DNA of 64,000 nucleotides, taken from NCBI GenBank assembly GCA_951406725.2, contig OX597816.1, positions 106,144,001 through 106,208,000 on the forward strand, given 5' to 3'. Positions 41,601-53,532 of the stretch are shown piece after piece. Source of the stretch: Octopus vulgaris. Lineage: Eukaryota. The notes beneath the pieces are model-generated. The model was given only the letters and a program-made list of their open reading frames with translations. It was not told the DNA's origin and ran no database searches. Each line of letters opens with the position of its first letter. Position 1 is the first letter of the stretch. The position numbers and the translations under genes were made by a program.

Positions 41601-44600
41601 GAATTGAAATTTCTATGTTGCTTTGAGGGGAAGGTAAAACTTGACAAACTGCTTCCCCTTCCGTAGTTGATGTTTGTTTAGAAAAGAGAGATTATGATTG
41701 TGATAAAATAATGAAAGCAATATTTACAAAGCAAGTGAGCACTATTATACAAAGAAATAATTAAATGTAAAATATTGTAAAAATGATTAGAATTGGGAAT
41801 CAAATGTGAAAATATTATCAAGTAGCTAGCAGAAAATTGCCCAGAGGTTGGTCTTTCTGCTAGTATTAATTAATTTATTAAATAGACACACAAAGGTGGT
41901 AGATTCAATCTGCTGTTGTTGAGTGTAAAACCACCACTTGGTTCTTGGGCTATTGTAGTAAAGTCCACTCAGCTGCAAACATTTAAGCTGGGTCTCTGAT
42001 CTGAAGATAATTTCTTCTTTCTCTTCTAGTCTATGAAGTCTCAAAAAAAAAGTCATGTGGGAACAATTACCTTTTTTCTTCTGACCAAGCCAAAAAACAA
42101 AAATTACTGATTACATCATTGTGGGTTTAATCATTACTCCCAATATGTTAAGCTCTGAACAATGCTCATGATCTTGCTTTAATTTGTCAAACTGACAAAA
42201 CATATTCCTTTCCAGAATGTCTCTCATTACAGATTTCATTTCTTTAAAATTAGAACTGAAAAAGTAAGAGGAGAGCATCCTTTGAAGATGGTTGCTAACT
42301 ATCATGCTATTTTAAGAACTTTGAAAGATGGGTGTTCCAAAATCCCTTGTTTGTTGTAGATATTACGATTATTCTGTTTTGAAATTGAATGGAGGAATAT
42401 GAGTTGTTGCTGTGTGACCCTAAGTTAGCTTTGGTTACAGTAACCTCTAGCATGTAGATAAGTAGTTGACTAAAAAAACTAGGTATTATCTACAAAGCTA
42501 TTGTTTCAGATATACATTACCTCTACCTATCTCAGGACCTTATTGCAATCTCCATCAGACAGTAATTAATCATTTAGTGTTGCAATCTGGACATGTTGCT
42601 TTCTCTGAACTGTCCAGTCTATTTCTGTATGCCAATAGATTTGTATGAGTATTTTGTTGAAATATATACCCATATCTTTCATGGATTTAAAGGTCTTTTT
42701 CATGTGAAATCATGAAATTCAACTTTTATCTTAAACGGGCTGCATGTTTATTTTTTTCTTTGTTATCAACTAACACTCAGCTACAACCATCATGTTTGGC
42801 ATCTCATATCCAGGTCTAATTTATTCAGTATATTCATCTATTTTGAATAGGTGATAGAAAAAATTTGAAGATTATGCTGCTATTTCTAGTATGCCAAACA
42901 GTCACATTGGTATGCTAACCAATTACTGCAGTTACTTGAGACATCATTCTCATGTTTAAATCTTTAAATATCTGAACAAAAGTCAATCACTGGGAATTAC
43001 TTTCTCCTCAGTAACCTTATGAGAGATTTAGGAGTCTTCATTCTTTTAAAGTCTTCCAAAATTGGTGGTGCTAATATCTCAATACCCTTGGACCAGAAAT
43101 CTGTTCCTAATGTTTGCAACAGAGTTAACACTACTAAATGCATGTGAGGACAAGGTGATGTTATTGAAAAACCAGGTGGTGAATGAACACTATCTCCCAA
43201 AAATAGAAACAGATCTACCCAACATCACTGAAAAGATCAACCTGAGACCATGGTAGAAGACACTTGGCCAAAATGCCATGTAGTAGGATTGAACTCAAAT
43301 TCACATAATTGCATCCAAAAGGTGATTCCGTCAACAGTATCTTCTGCCTTGAGTCTTATCAAAAGAAATTATCATCATCATGTATAACATCTGTTTATTT
43401 AATTAATTATTGTTCTCTTACTTTTTTTTAAATATCTAGATTACCATTCAGTCCTCTGATTATCATTGCTTCTGATCTGACAAAGGAAATACCTGCATCA
43501 AAAAATTCTGGTAACTTTTTTTTATTATTCTTGCTTCAGCATCTTCATTATGTTTTGTAATTATAAAATAACTAACACAAACTTATACACATAAATACAT
43601 AATGTCAGTATTTTCTGCTCTGATTTCTTGCATTTTGATTTTCATCATAAATCTGGTGATAAGTAACTGGTAATCTGAAGGTTTGGATTGTCTATGTTCA
43701 TTCCACTGCAGGACAAAGGCCTCAGCATGTTTTCTCCACCAATCACTGTCTGATATGCAGGTCATGAATTTGAGCTTGAAACCATTGGTTTGATGGACCT
43801 ACTCCGCTACATAGGCTCAACGTGGCTTGGCAGAAGGGTGCAGTTTTTATACTCTTACCCAGAAATAGTTAAGTCAATTACTTCAATCCCAGTGCTCAAC
43901 TGGTACTTATTTTATTGACCCTGAAAGGATGACAGGCAAAGTCAACCTGACAGAATTTGAACTAAGAACATAAAGAGGAATAAAATATCACTAAGCATTT
44001 CACCTGGTATGCTAGCAATTCTGCCAGCTCACTGCCATATAAGGGATAATGTTCTTAAGTGGGGCTTTTTTTGTATCATCATGAAATACTGTTTTATTTG
44101 TTTCAGTCACTAGACTGCACACATACTTGGGCAATTTCTCCTTTCATAATAAAATCTGTACAAAGAACATTGACTTTGCCTCTGACTACATCATGTTTTT
44201 AGGTACTTGTAGTTAACCCTAGACCTGTCCTGATCATGCTTACTTATGGTCAGAAGTGTTCCAGCCATAACCACCTCATCTTCTTTTAACTCTTAGAGTG
44301 ATATAGTGGAGGCAATGCTAGGTGTGCACGTGTTGTAGCACTGGTAAAGTGGTGTGGAAACATTGAGGGCAGCATGTTCTTGATTATGCATGTTTCGACC
44401 CTGTTTTGATCGACCAATCAAAATGTCAGTTACACCTGAAAGTAAGAGAATATGTCTGCGACCAGTCTTATTATTTTGGTAGTGTGTTCTTATAGGAATA
44501 GTGAGAAATTTCACAATGAAGTAAGATCTGATATGTGAAAGTGAGCCTGAGCCATCAAGATCAAAACACAAGAGCCAAAAGCTCTACACTACCAGCCAAG

Positions 44601-47600
44601 TGCTGGACATATTGGATGAATTCAATAGCCAATGCAGACACTACTGATTCTTCAAATTATGGGACCAGAACATTCCAGACAGCGTAAATGGTGAGTCTCA
44701 GCCAAATGTGTTTGTAAATATATTTTTAGATAATCAATTCTGGGAAAACCTTGCTATAGGAGCCTTGCTTCTCATCCATGTCAGAACTGGGCATAAATGG
44801 CTTGGGAGCCCAGACACAGGATTAGAGAGCATCAAAGTCAGGGCTCAAAGGTTTAAGGCAGGAGTGTTATTTTAGTGAGACATGGTTGCTATTTCTAGTA
44901 TTTCCTATAAACAAGTAGCAACTTCTTTTATATGTTCAGTATGTTTTTTATAATGGATATTTTAATTTTTTCTACAGAAACTTGTTGCAAAATATTGTTT
45001 TTTAATTTGTTTTGAAATTTCTTCTGGTTTTAACCATTTTATTTTCAGCCTTGAAAAATTTTCTAAGATTCGTGTTATTAGATTTGTTCCATGCTCAGTC
45101 GGATCCACTGGCTCTTTGTTCTTTTGTGCTCAACAAAAATATCAAAGACCTCTGGTGGATGAACAAAAGAATTGTTAATTATATCAGATTGATCTTACCA
45201 GACACAAAAGTAAGTAACAGTTAGATTTCAATATTGTTTCAAAGCCTGTTTCTGTACCTAAATTTTAATCCTTCCTAAATCAATCATATCATTTATATTT
45301 TCAGTTGAAAATAAAAACCAATCCTGTTGACCTTGAAACTGCTGAAACAGAAACATTTTCAGATTTGTTTAAAACATTCTACCGAAATTCTTCTGTCTGT
45401 ATTAACAATGAAAAATTCATAAAGCTACTACTGGATTCATTGAACTCCTTAAATGTTACTGAAACATTCAGGGCCTTCAATCAGAATCTATTTTATATTA
45501 AAGTTTCATTAAGCTGTTTTGCAAAGGTTTGTAAATCTATTTTTTACTTCCAATTAAACAAAATCTAAACGTATCTAAGTAAATTAACATTGCAAATTCA
45601 AAGCAAAATATTTGACTTCTTTCTCTCTTCCTGAAGTTGATGCTAATGGGATTTTTATGAACCTTTCAACTAACCTATTCCTTAAAACTGCAGCATGTTC
45701 ACCTTCTGGTCCAACTATTCTCTGTTGTAGACTTCTAGTCAGTCCGACTGGTCTTAGTTGCAAATTCTTTTCCATTTAGTCAAATCTACATGTAGCAATT
45801 TTGTGAGTATGTAATATTGAACTTGGGTGTAATAGTCTCAAGATTTGGATGAAGAGAAAAGACTGGACTTCGATTGATAATACCTGCATTGTAAATATCA
45901 TGCTAAGTTATAATTCTCTTCAGCTTAACATAGGCTCCTCACTGTTTGCAATAAATGACCTTTCATTGTAGACTGCAGAAAAACGAAACTTATTATTTAA
46001 CTATGGTGTTTAATTTTGATTTTTTTTTTTTTGATTTTTACAGGGTACTGAAGTTTTACCTGATGCCAGAAAAACTTTAGAACTTTATTTCAAAATTATA
46101 AAGAAAATATTAAATCATTTATTTGAAGCACTTTCAAAGGATTCCTCTGTAAATCCTTTAGAACAGTTTGCTCTGAAAGATTTTGAAATATTTCAAATGC
46201 AGAAGACTCCAGTGGGAGACCTCTTGAAGCAAGTCATTGATGTTCTCTCATCTCAAAGCTCTTTGCTGTATTGGTTTTTCTTTCTTGATAAAAATTCCTC
46301 AGAATCTAAATACACCAGTGAAACTTGCAGTTTTATCAAGAATCTTGTTACTGATGAATTAGTTCAGATATTTTGTCTTTTGTCTAAGGTATCCAGTAAG
46401 AAAAAACAGATCCTTTCCAGAAGTTTATAGCCTGAAAATACTTCAGTCTATAAATAATTTATGTCAGCAGTCCAAGAAAAAAGGAGATGTTAAAGCAGAT
46501 GAATTATCATTTATTTTTAGAAATTTAAGTGACCTTGTTGATACTCTTGATTTTATTATCATCCAAAAAATTATTACTACTTTTGTTCAATCCAAAAAGA
46601 ATAGGGTAGTTTATGAAGATAGTTTGAATATTTCTGGTGAAACTTTAATGAAGTTACTGAATCATTTATTAACAAATAGTAAAGATGTGGACTTAGAAAT
46701 AACAAATGTAAATATTATTTTTCATCTCCTGAAATCCTCTAAACTGTTGATGGGACTCTTTACGAGATTACTTCTTTAAAACCATATTACTGTTTAGTGT
46801 GCTCTGCCAAAACATTTAAATATTTCCTCACTGTGGAACCTCCAAATTATTTAAACCTGGTTCAGATTTTGATGAAATTTAATCCAAATTTAGATCAGGT
46901 TTTTGTTGACTGGATTCTGGAAGATGGCTTGACTAAGGACTTTTTGGAAACATATCTTGAAGTGTGTATTTCTTGGTGCCAATTGCAGAATGTACCACTT
47001 GAAGGTTTGTGGATTTCTTGATTATATTAACCTTAATCTTTTATCTAATGAAACATTTTTTGAAATATGTTAAGTATTTATTAACTGCAATTTTTAACAG
47101 TATTTACTTCCAAACTTTGTTGTTGTTGTTTTTTTGTTTTTTTTTTGACAAATTTTAGTTTTTACTTTTTACTGCCTTCCCAATATGTACTTCAGGAGAC
47201 ATATCAATAGAGTCACCACTTCCTTTTTTTCGTGTGACTTTTATCTGAAATTAATAGCTCTCTATCTACTTAATTTGAAGATTGTAAGTTGGCAAGTGAA
47301 AAACACCCAATATGCTTTTAAGTGTATATTCCAAAACAATAGCTGTTTCTGGTTTTCAGTGTAGTTGCTAATATTAATTTAATTTTCCATGTTACAGGTG
47401 ACAAAATAGTATGTCTCAAGAAAATCAGCAAGATTTACCGTAAATATCTGTCTAAATGGATGAACCAACTGGGAACTGAACCAGAGGATAGTTCTCACAA
47501 TACCAAATGNNNNNNNNNNNNNNNNNNNNNNNNNNNNNNNNNNNNNNNNNNNNNNNNNNNNNNNNNNNNNNNNNNNNNNNNNNNNNNNNNNNNNNNNNNN

Positions 47601-50600
47601 NNNNNNNNNATAACTAACACAAACTTATACACATAAATACATAATGTCAGTATTTTCTGCTCTGATTTCTTGCATTTTGATTTTCATCATAAATCTGGTG
47701 ATAAGTAACTGGTAATCTGAAGGTTTGGATTGTCTATGTTCATTCCACTGCAGGACAAAGGCCTCAGCATGTTTTCTCCACCAATCACTGTCTGATATGC
47801 AGGTCATGAATTTGAGCTTGAAACCATTGGTTTGATGGACCTACTCCGCTACATAGGCTCAACGTGGCTTGGCAGAAGGGTGCAGTTTTTATACTCTTAC
47901 CCAGAAATAGTTAAGTCAATTACTTCAATCCCAGTGCTCAACTGGTACTTATTTTATTGACCCTGAAAGGATGACAGGCAAAGTCAACCTGACAGAATTT
48001 GAACTAAGAACATAAAGAGGAATAAAATATCACTAAGCATTTCACCTGGTATGCTAGCAATTCTGCCAGCTCACTGCCATATAAGGGATAATGTTCTTAA
48101 GTGGGGCTTTTTTTGTATCATCATGAAATACTGTTTTATTTGTTTCAGTCACTAGACTGCACACATACTTGGGCAATTTCTCCTTTCATAATAAAATCTG
48201 TACAAAGAACATTGACTTTGCCTCTGACTACATCATGTTTTTAGGTACTTGTAGTTAACCCTAGACCTGTCCTGATCATGCTTACTTATGGTCAGAAGTG
48301 TTCCAGCCATAACCACCTCATCTTCTTTTAACTCTTAGAGTGATATAGTGGAGGCAATGCTAGGTGTGCACGTGTTGTAGCACTGGTAAAGTGGTGTGGA
48401 AACATTGAGGGCAGCATGTTCTTGATTATGCATGTTTCGACCCTGTTTTGATCGACCAATCAAAATGTCAGTTACACCTGAAAGTAAGAGAATATGTCTG
48501 CGACCAGTCTTATTATTTTGGTAGTGTGTTCTTATAGGAATAGTGAGAAATTTCACAATGAAGTAAGATCTGATATGTGAAAGTGAGCCTGAGCCATCAA
48601 GATCAAAACACAAGAGCCAAAAGCTCTACACTACCAGCCAAGTGCTGGACATATTGGATGAATTCAATAGCCAATGCAGACACTACTGATTCTTCAAATT
48701 ATGGGACCAGAACATTCCAGACAGCGTAAATGGTGAGTCTCAGCCAAATGTGTTTGTAAATATATTTTTAGATAATCAATTCTGGGAAAACCTTGCTATA
48801 GGAGCCTTGCTTCTCATCCATGTCAGAACTGGGCATAAATGGCTTGGGAGCCCAGACACAGGATTAGAGAGCATCAAAGTCAGGGCTCAAAGGTTTAAGG
48901 CAGGAGTGTTATTTTAGTGAGACATGGTTGCTATTTCTAGTATTTCCTATAAACAAGTAGCAACTTCTTTTATATGTTCAGTATGTTTTTTATAATGGAT
49001 ATTTTAATTTTTTCTACAGAAACTTGTTGCAAAATATTGTTTTTTAATTTGTTTTGAAATTTCTTCTGGTTTTAACCATTTTATTTTCAGCCTTGAAAAA
49101 TTTTCTAAGATTCGTGTTATTAGATTTGTTCCATGCTCAGTCGGATCCACTGGCTCTTTGTTCTTTTGTGCTCAACAAAAATATCAAAGACCTCTGGTGG
49201 ATGAACAAAAGAATTGTTAATTATATCAGATTGATCTTACCAGACACAAAAGTAAGTAACAGTTAGATTTCAATATTGTTTCAAAGCCTGTTTCTGTACC
49301 TAAATTTTAATCCTTCCTAAATCAATCATATCATTTATATTTTCAGTTGAAAATAAAACCAATCCTGTTGACCTTGAAACTGCTGAAACAGAAACATTTT
49401 CAGATTTGTTTAAAACATTCTACCGAAATTCTTCTGTCTGTATTAACAATGAAAAATTCATAAAGCTACTACTGGATTCATTGAACTCCTTAAATGTTAC
49501 TGAAACATTCAGGGCCTTCAATCAGAATCTATTTTATATTAAAGTTTCATTAAGCTGTTTTGCAAAGGTTTGTAAATCTATTTTTTACTTCCAATTAAAC
49601 AAAATCTAAACGTATCTAAGTAAATTAACATTGCAAATTCAAAGCAAAATATTTGACTTCTTTCTCTCTTCCTGAAGTTGATGCTAATGGGATTTTTATG
49701 AACCTTTCAACTAACCTATTCCTTAAAACTGCAGCATGTTCACCTTCTGGTCCAACTATTCTCTGTTGTAGACTTCTAGTCAGTCCGACTGGTCTTAGTT
49801 GCAAATTCTTTTCCATTTAGTCAAATCTACATGTAGCAATTTTGTGAGTATGTAATATTGAACTTGGGTGTAATAGTCTCAAGATTTGGATGAAGAGAAA
49901 AGACTGGACTTCGATTGATAATACCTGCATTGTAAATATCATGCTAAGTTATAATTCTCTTCAGCTTAACATAGGCTCCTCACTGTTTGCAATAAATGAC
50001 CTTTCATTGTAGACTGCAGAAAAACGAAACTTATTATTTAACTATGGTGTTTAATTTTGATTTTTTTTTTTTGATTTTTACAGGGTACTGAAGTTTTACC
50101 TGATGCCAGAAAAACTTTAGAACTTTATTTCAAAATTATAAAGAAAATATTAAATCATTTATTTGAAGCACTTTCAAAGGATTCCTCTGTAAATCCTTTA
50201 GAACAGTTTGCTCTGAAAGATTTTGAAATATTTCAAATGCAGAAGACTCCAGTGGGAGACCTCTTGAAGCAAGTCATTGATGTTCTCTCATCTCAAAGCT
50301 CTTTGCTGTATTGGTTTTTCTTTCTTGATAAAAATTCCTCAGAATCTAAATACACCAGTGAAACTTGCAGTTTTATCAAGAATCTTGTTACTGATGAATT
50401 AGTTCAGATATTTTGTCTTTTGTCTAAGGTATCCAGTAAGAAAAAACAGATCCTTCCAGAAGTTTATAGCCTGAAAATACTTCAGTCTATAAATAATTTA
50501 TGTCAGCAGTCCAAGAAAAAAGGAGATGTTAAAGCAGATGAATTATCATTTATTTTTAGAAATTTAAGTGACCTTGTTGATACTCTTGATTTTATTATCA

Positions 50601-51589
50601 TCCAAAAAATTATTACTACTTTTGTTCAATCCAAAAAGAATAGGGTAGTTTATGAAGATAGTTTGAATATTTCTGGTGAAACTTTAATGAAGTTACTGAA
50701 TCATTTATTAACAAATAGTAAAGATGTGGACTTAGAAATAACAAATGTAAATATTATTTTTCATCTCCTGAAATCCTCTAAACTGTTGATGGGACTCTTT
50801 ACGAGATTACTTCTTTTAAAACCATATTACTGTTTAGTGTGCTCTGCCAAAACATTTAAATATTTCCTCACTGTGGAACCTCCAAATTATTTAAACCTGG
50901 TTCAGATTTTGATGAAATTTAATCCAAATTTAGATCAGGTTTTTGTTGACTGGATTCTGGAAGATGGCTTGACTAAGGACTTTTTGGAAACATATCTTGA
51001 AGTGTGTATTTCTTGGTGCCAATTGCAGAATGTACCACTTGAAGGTTTGTGGATTTCTTGATTATATTAACCTTAATCTTTTATCTAATGAAACATTTTT
51101 TGAAATATGTTAAGTATTTATTAACTGCAATTTTTAACAGTATTTACTTCCAAACTTTGTTGTTGTTGTTTTTTTGTTTTTTTTTGACAAATTTTAGTTT
51201 TTACTTTTTACTGCCTTCCCAATATGTACTTCAGGAGACATATCAATAGAGTCACCACTTCCTTTTTTTCGTGTGACTTTTATCTGAAATTAATAGCTCT
51301 CTATCTACTTAATTTGAAGATTGTAAGTTGGCAAGTGAAAAACACCCAATATGCTTTTAAGTGTATATTCCAAAACAATAGCTGTTTCTGGTTTTCAGTG
51401 TAGTTGCTAATATTAATTTAATTTTCCATGTTACAGGTGACAAAATAGTATGTCTCAAGAAAATCAGCAAGATTTACCGTAAATATCTGTCTAAATGGAT
51501 GAACCAACTGGGAACTGAACCAGAGGATAGTTCTCACAATACCAAATGCCATAAACTTTTACAAGAATTTACTCGATTACATGTTTCTG
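10681..51589 (+). CDS. URB1: URB1/Npa1 nucleolar pre-ribosomal-associated protein 1, multi-exon, 5' ~1300 codons (3' part lies beyond the window)
   Basis: 20 GT-AG exons with consistent phases. Peptides [43 protein letters not shown]...[20 protein letters not shown] and [13 protein letters not shown] match, in order, motifs I recall from human URB1 (ILLRTASDL, LYNWNG, ILPDLNTVVWVW, VICLYQKVVP, DTGVF..ELELWL, VANPYSYTD, FPFSA, DLLHTQRDPLALC). Confidence 0.92.
14785..14921 (+). CDS. URB1: URB1 exon 2
   Basis: ttttacag|CT ... GAC|GTGAGT, peptide [23 protein letters not shown]. Confidence 0.88.
15928..16212 (+). CDS. URB1: URB1 exon 3
   Basis: tttttag|GCT ... GCG|GTAAGT, 95 codons, [19 protein letters not shown]. 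Confidence 0.9.
16410..16960 (-). mobile_element. Helitron PIF1-type helicase 3' remnant
   Basis: Minus-strand [29 protein letters not shown] and [15 protein letters not shown] hairpin TTGGGCC-TGC-GGCCCAA (16433-16449) precedes CTAG (16412-16415) on the minus strand. Confidence 0.7.
18937..19036 (+). CDS. URB1: URB1 exon 4
   Basis: ttctag|GTT ... A|[23 protein letters not shown]. Confidence 0.88.
19750..19832 (+). CDS. URB1: URB1 exon 5
   Basis: tttttag|CA ... AAG|[33 protein letters not shown]. Confidence 0.88.
19937..20131. mobile_element. mariner-type MITE
   Basis: TA-flanked TIRs CAAAGGGGTGCTGAAAAGTTCCTGGCTTTG / CAAAGCCAAGAACTTTTCAGCACCTCCTTG. Confidence 0.75.
20634..20860 (+). mobile_element. 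SINE (tRNA head with conserved central domain) with apparent TSD
   Basis: GAGTTCAAATTCCGCCGAGGTCGACTTTGCCTTTCATCC core and AATAAAGAAATAAG tail. Flanked by AGAAATATTTAAA(T/C)CAGG at 20616-20633 and 20860-20877. Confidence 0.7.
21220..21354 (+). CDS. URB1: URB1 exon 6
   Basis: ttacag|ATT ... AAA|[22 protein letters not shown]...LYNWIG. Confidence 0.9.
22395..22516 (+). CDS. URB1: URB1 exon 7
   Basis: ttttgcag|GTG ... CT|[30 protein letters not shown]. Confidence 0.9.
22840..24010 (+). mobile_element. Degenerate mariner transposon
   Basis: [38 protein letters not shown] and [12 protein letters not shown] across frameshifts. Confidence 0.85.
24411..24625 (-). mobile_element. RTE-tail short repeat ((CAT)n-GTTTAATGTCCGCTTTCCATGC family) inserted in mariner
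   Basis: Same motif as 31581-31789, 55917-56305 and 56575-56820. Confidence 0.8.
25302..26277 (+). mobile_element. 5'-truncated RTE-clade LINE (RT C-terminus plus 3' UTR)
   Basis: [33 protein letters not shown]. The 3' UTR ends GTCCAACCCATACCAGCATTGGAAGTGGACATTAAATGA...GATAATGAT. Confidence 0.85.
26466..27286 (+). mobile_element. Internally deleted maT (DD37D) transposon
   Basis: TA|CAGGGT...ACCCTG|TA. ORF 26721-27179 has MVFGVI and VWQQD-x37-D ([14 protein letters not shown]). Confidence 0.85.
28985..29186 (+). CDS. URB1: URB1 exon 8
   Basis: tgcag|C TCT ... AAG|[24 protein letters not shown]. Confidence 0.9.
29929..30066 (+). CDS. URB1: URB1 exon 9
   Basis: ttttag|GTT ... AAA|[14 protein letters not shown]...[10 protein letters not shown]. 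Confidence 0.88.
31109..31282 (+). CDS. URB1: URB1 exon 10
   Basis: ttttgcag|AAT ... AAA|[15 protein letters not shown]...[20 protein letters not shown]. Confidence 0.9.
31581..31789 (+). mobile_element. RTE-tail short repeat copy ending in (GAT)n
   Basis: ...TCCAACCCATGCTAGCATGGAAAGCAGACGTTAAACGATGATGATGAT. Confidence 0.8.
32170..32645. repeat. (TA)n/(TG)n compound microsatellite
   Basis: Direct reading of the sequence. Confidence 0.95.
32653..34690 (-). mobile_element. Degenerate CR1-group LINE ORF2 fragment
   Basis: [50 protein letters not shown], with stops and frameshifts. Same family as 62290-64000. Confidence 0.9.
34929..35019 (+). CDS. URB1: URB1 exon 11
   Basis: aacag|TTG ... G|[21 protein letters not shown]. 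Confidence 0.8.
36264..36550 (+). CDS. URB1: URB1 exon 12
   Basis: ttttcag|AC ... ATT|[17 protein letters not shown]. Confidence 0.88.
37710..37808 (+). CDS. URB1: URB1 exon 13
   Basis: ttctag|AAT ... CAG|GTAAAT, 33 codons. Confidence 0.82.
38100..38358 (+). CDS. URB1: URB1 exon 14
   Basis: accag|CTC ... A|[14 protein letters not shown]...[11 protein letters not shown]. Confidence 0.9.
39532..39592 (+). CDS. URB1: URB1 exon 15
   Basis: aatag|AT ... AG|GTAAAT, acidic [13 protein letters not shown]. Phases fit both neighbours. Confidence 0.78.
43440..43510 (+). CDS. URB1: URB1 exon 16
   Basis: tctag|A TTA ... G|[15 protein letters not shown]. Confidence 0.85.
45049..45209 (+). CDS. URB1: URB1 exon 17 (copy 1; duplicate at 49091-49251)
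   Basis: ttttcag|CC ... AAA|[20 protein letters not shown]. Confidence 0.88.
45305..45526 (+). CDS. URB1: URB1 exon 18 (intact copy 1; copy 2 at 49347-49567 has a 1-nt deletion)
   Basis: tttcag|TTG ... AAG|GTTTGT, 74 codons open. Confidence 0.82.
47510..47609. other. Assembly gap (100 N)
   Basis: Run of N. Confidence 1.
50084..51044 (+). CDS. URB1: URB1 exon 19 (intact copy 2; copy 1 at 46044-47004 has +1/-1 frameshifts)
   Basis: ttttacag|GGT ... G|GTTTGT, 961 nt open, includes most of ORF 50237-51061. Confidence 0.85.
51437..51589 (+). CDS. URB1: URB1 exon 20 (copy 1 at 47398-47509 is cut by the gap)
   Basis: ttacag|GT ... G|[27 protein letters not shown]. Confidence 0.82.
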
Positions 51590-52325
51590 GTATGTGTTTT
51601 ATCTCTTTTTCTTTTCTTTGAAGACTTCATTAAAAAAAAGAACATGCACACACACACACATTATCTGCATTCAGAAAAAAATTGAAGCTGACAAAATGGT
51701 TATAAAGTTAAGCAGATTTGCCTACAGACCATATGCTTGCAAATTCACATTTTACAACTTAAGCCCAGACAGTATTTTGTGTCTCTAAACAAAACATTTG
51801 CTTACTCCACTTTATCTTACTGATTTGCGACTTCACGATTGAGTAGTTAGTTGTATGAAGGATATCCAGCTGTAACAATTGGTCAAACAAAGAACCCATC
51901 TATTTTCCCAAACAAGCACAGAAAGATGAATGTCCACAAATGTGTGTGTGTGTGCATGCATGCGTGCACTCATGTCTACACTTTTACTGGTGTCAGTCAT
52001 TAGATTGCAGCCATACTTTAATCATATTGATCTCTATTTGTCAGACCACTTGGTTGAGGAACATACACAACAGTACCATATGGGTGTTTGTATTCATTGG
52101 TTTTAATGAATGTGAGAAAAAGTATTCAGCATAGTATTGAGTGGAGTATACTTTTGGTTTCCATGATGGCTATACACCAAAGAATCTCAAGAATAACAGA
52201 TTTTTAGATTAGCCTAAATAAATTCTTTGTGTAATGAGCTTGTGCATAGTTTTTGTTTACCAATATACATACATATATATATATTATACATGTATATATA
52301 TATATTATACATGTATATACACACA

Positions 52326-52361
<36 letters not shown>

Positions 52362-52641
52362 CAACAATTGAGGGTAAAATTAATTAATTAATCAATTTCA
52401 CCAAGTATTCAGTATACAAAGGGACCATTTAAGGCGAATTCAAATTATTACATTATATAAAAGGGCTTAGTAAAATAATTTACTTTGCCGCATACTGAAC
52501 TCATTAGAAATAGCAGCTAAAAAAACTTTTTTAAAACTATCTCCAATACTTAAAGAAAATCTCTCTCGTATAGTGTTTGCTCAATTCAACTCACGAAAGT
52601 ATGAGGGTAGAGACATTAAAAAATCAAATGCAAAGGTTATT

Positions 52642-52693
52642 TGAGAACGTACGTTTCAAGATTAGTCAAATCGACACTTCTATCATCAGCTCA
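52642..52693 (-). ncRNA. Minimal type-I hammerhead ribozyme motif, copy 1
   Basis: Minus strand UGAG-CUGAUGA-UAGAAGUGUCGAUUUGACUAAUCUU-GAAAC-GUAC-GUU-CUCA: stem I UGAG/CUCA, intact core, palindromic stem III. Confidence 0.72.
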
Positions 52694-53198
52694 GAACTCC
52701 CTGGTTTGGATTTGAAAACACTGAAAGCGGGAGCATACCCTTTCGGCCTGTTATCGCTTCTGAAGATCTGTTCAAAACTAACAGTGTTAGCAAATTCAAA
52801 TATGCAAACGAAGAATTTCTGCTCTCCCCTTTCCACCAGCGTGGGTTAAAATCAGCAAACATTATGCTTTTTTTCGGTAAAATCCGAGGCATTATATAGA
52901 GAGAGATGAATTATAATTTCAACAATTGAGGGTAAAATTAATTAATTAATCAATTTCACCAAGTATTCAGTATACAAAGGGACCATTTAAGGCGAATTCA
53001 AATTATTACATTATATAAAAGGGCTTAGTAAAATAATTTACTTTGCCGCATACTGAACTCATTAGAAATAGCAGCTAAAAAAACTTTTTAAAACTATCTC
53101 CAATACTTAAAGAAAATCTCTCTCGTATAGTGTTTGCTCAATTCAACTCACGAAAGTATGAGGGTAGAGACATTAAAAAATCAAATGCAAAGGTTATT

Positions 53199-53250
53199 TG
53201 AGAACGTACGTTTCAAGATTAGTCAAATCGACACTTCTATCATCAGCTCA
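53199..53250 (-). ncRNA. Minimal type-I hammerhead ribozyme motif, copy 2
   Basis: Identical to copy 1, 557 bp away. Confidence 0.72.
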
Positions 53251-53480
53251 GAACTCCTGGTTTGGATTTGAAAACACTGAAAGCGGGAGCATACCCTTTC
53301 GGCCTGTTATCGCTTCTGAAGATCTGTTCAAAACTAACAGTGTTAGCAAATTCAAATATGCAAACGAAGAATATTTGAATTTGCTAACACTGTTAGTTTT
53401 GAACAGATCTTCAGAAGCGATAACAGGCCGAAAGGGTATGCTCCCGCTTTCAGTGTTTTCAAATCCAAACCAGGGAGTTC

Positions 53481-53532
53481 TGAGCTGATGATAGGAGTGT
53501 CGATTTGACTAATCTTGAAACGTACGTTCTCA
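53481..53532 (+). ncRNA. Minimal type-I hammerhead ribozyme motif, copy 3
   Basis: TGAGCTGATGATAGGAGTGTCGATTTGACTAATCTTGAAACGTACGTTCTCA, with one A>G in stem II. Confidence 0.72.

Larger units (their letters stand above)
43568..51548 (+). repeat. ~3.94-kb direct duplication (43568-47509 and 47610-51548) flanking a 100-N gap
   Basis: Near-identical copies that begin and end exactly at the gap 47510-47609. The differences I found are single-base homopolymer indels. Confidence 0.95.

Noticed and set aside
46044-47004. URB1 pseudogenisation suggested by a premature stop at 46430
   Set aside because: An intact copy of the same exon lies at 50084-51044, and the indels are homopolymer-type errors beside a gap.
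52756-52800. Second CUGAAGA plus hairpin on the opposite strand of the 557-bp unit as another hammerhead, and UAACACUG as a twister start
   Set aside because: No GAAA follows the stem, and I found no twister pseudoknot partners.
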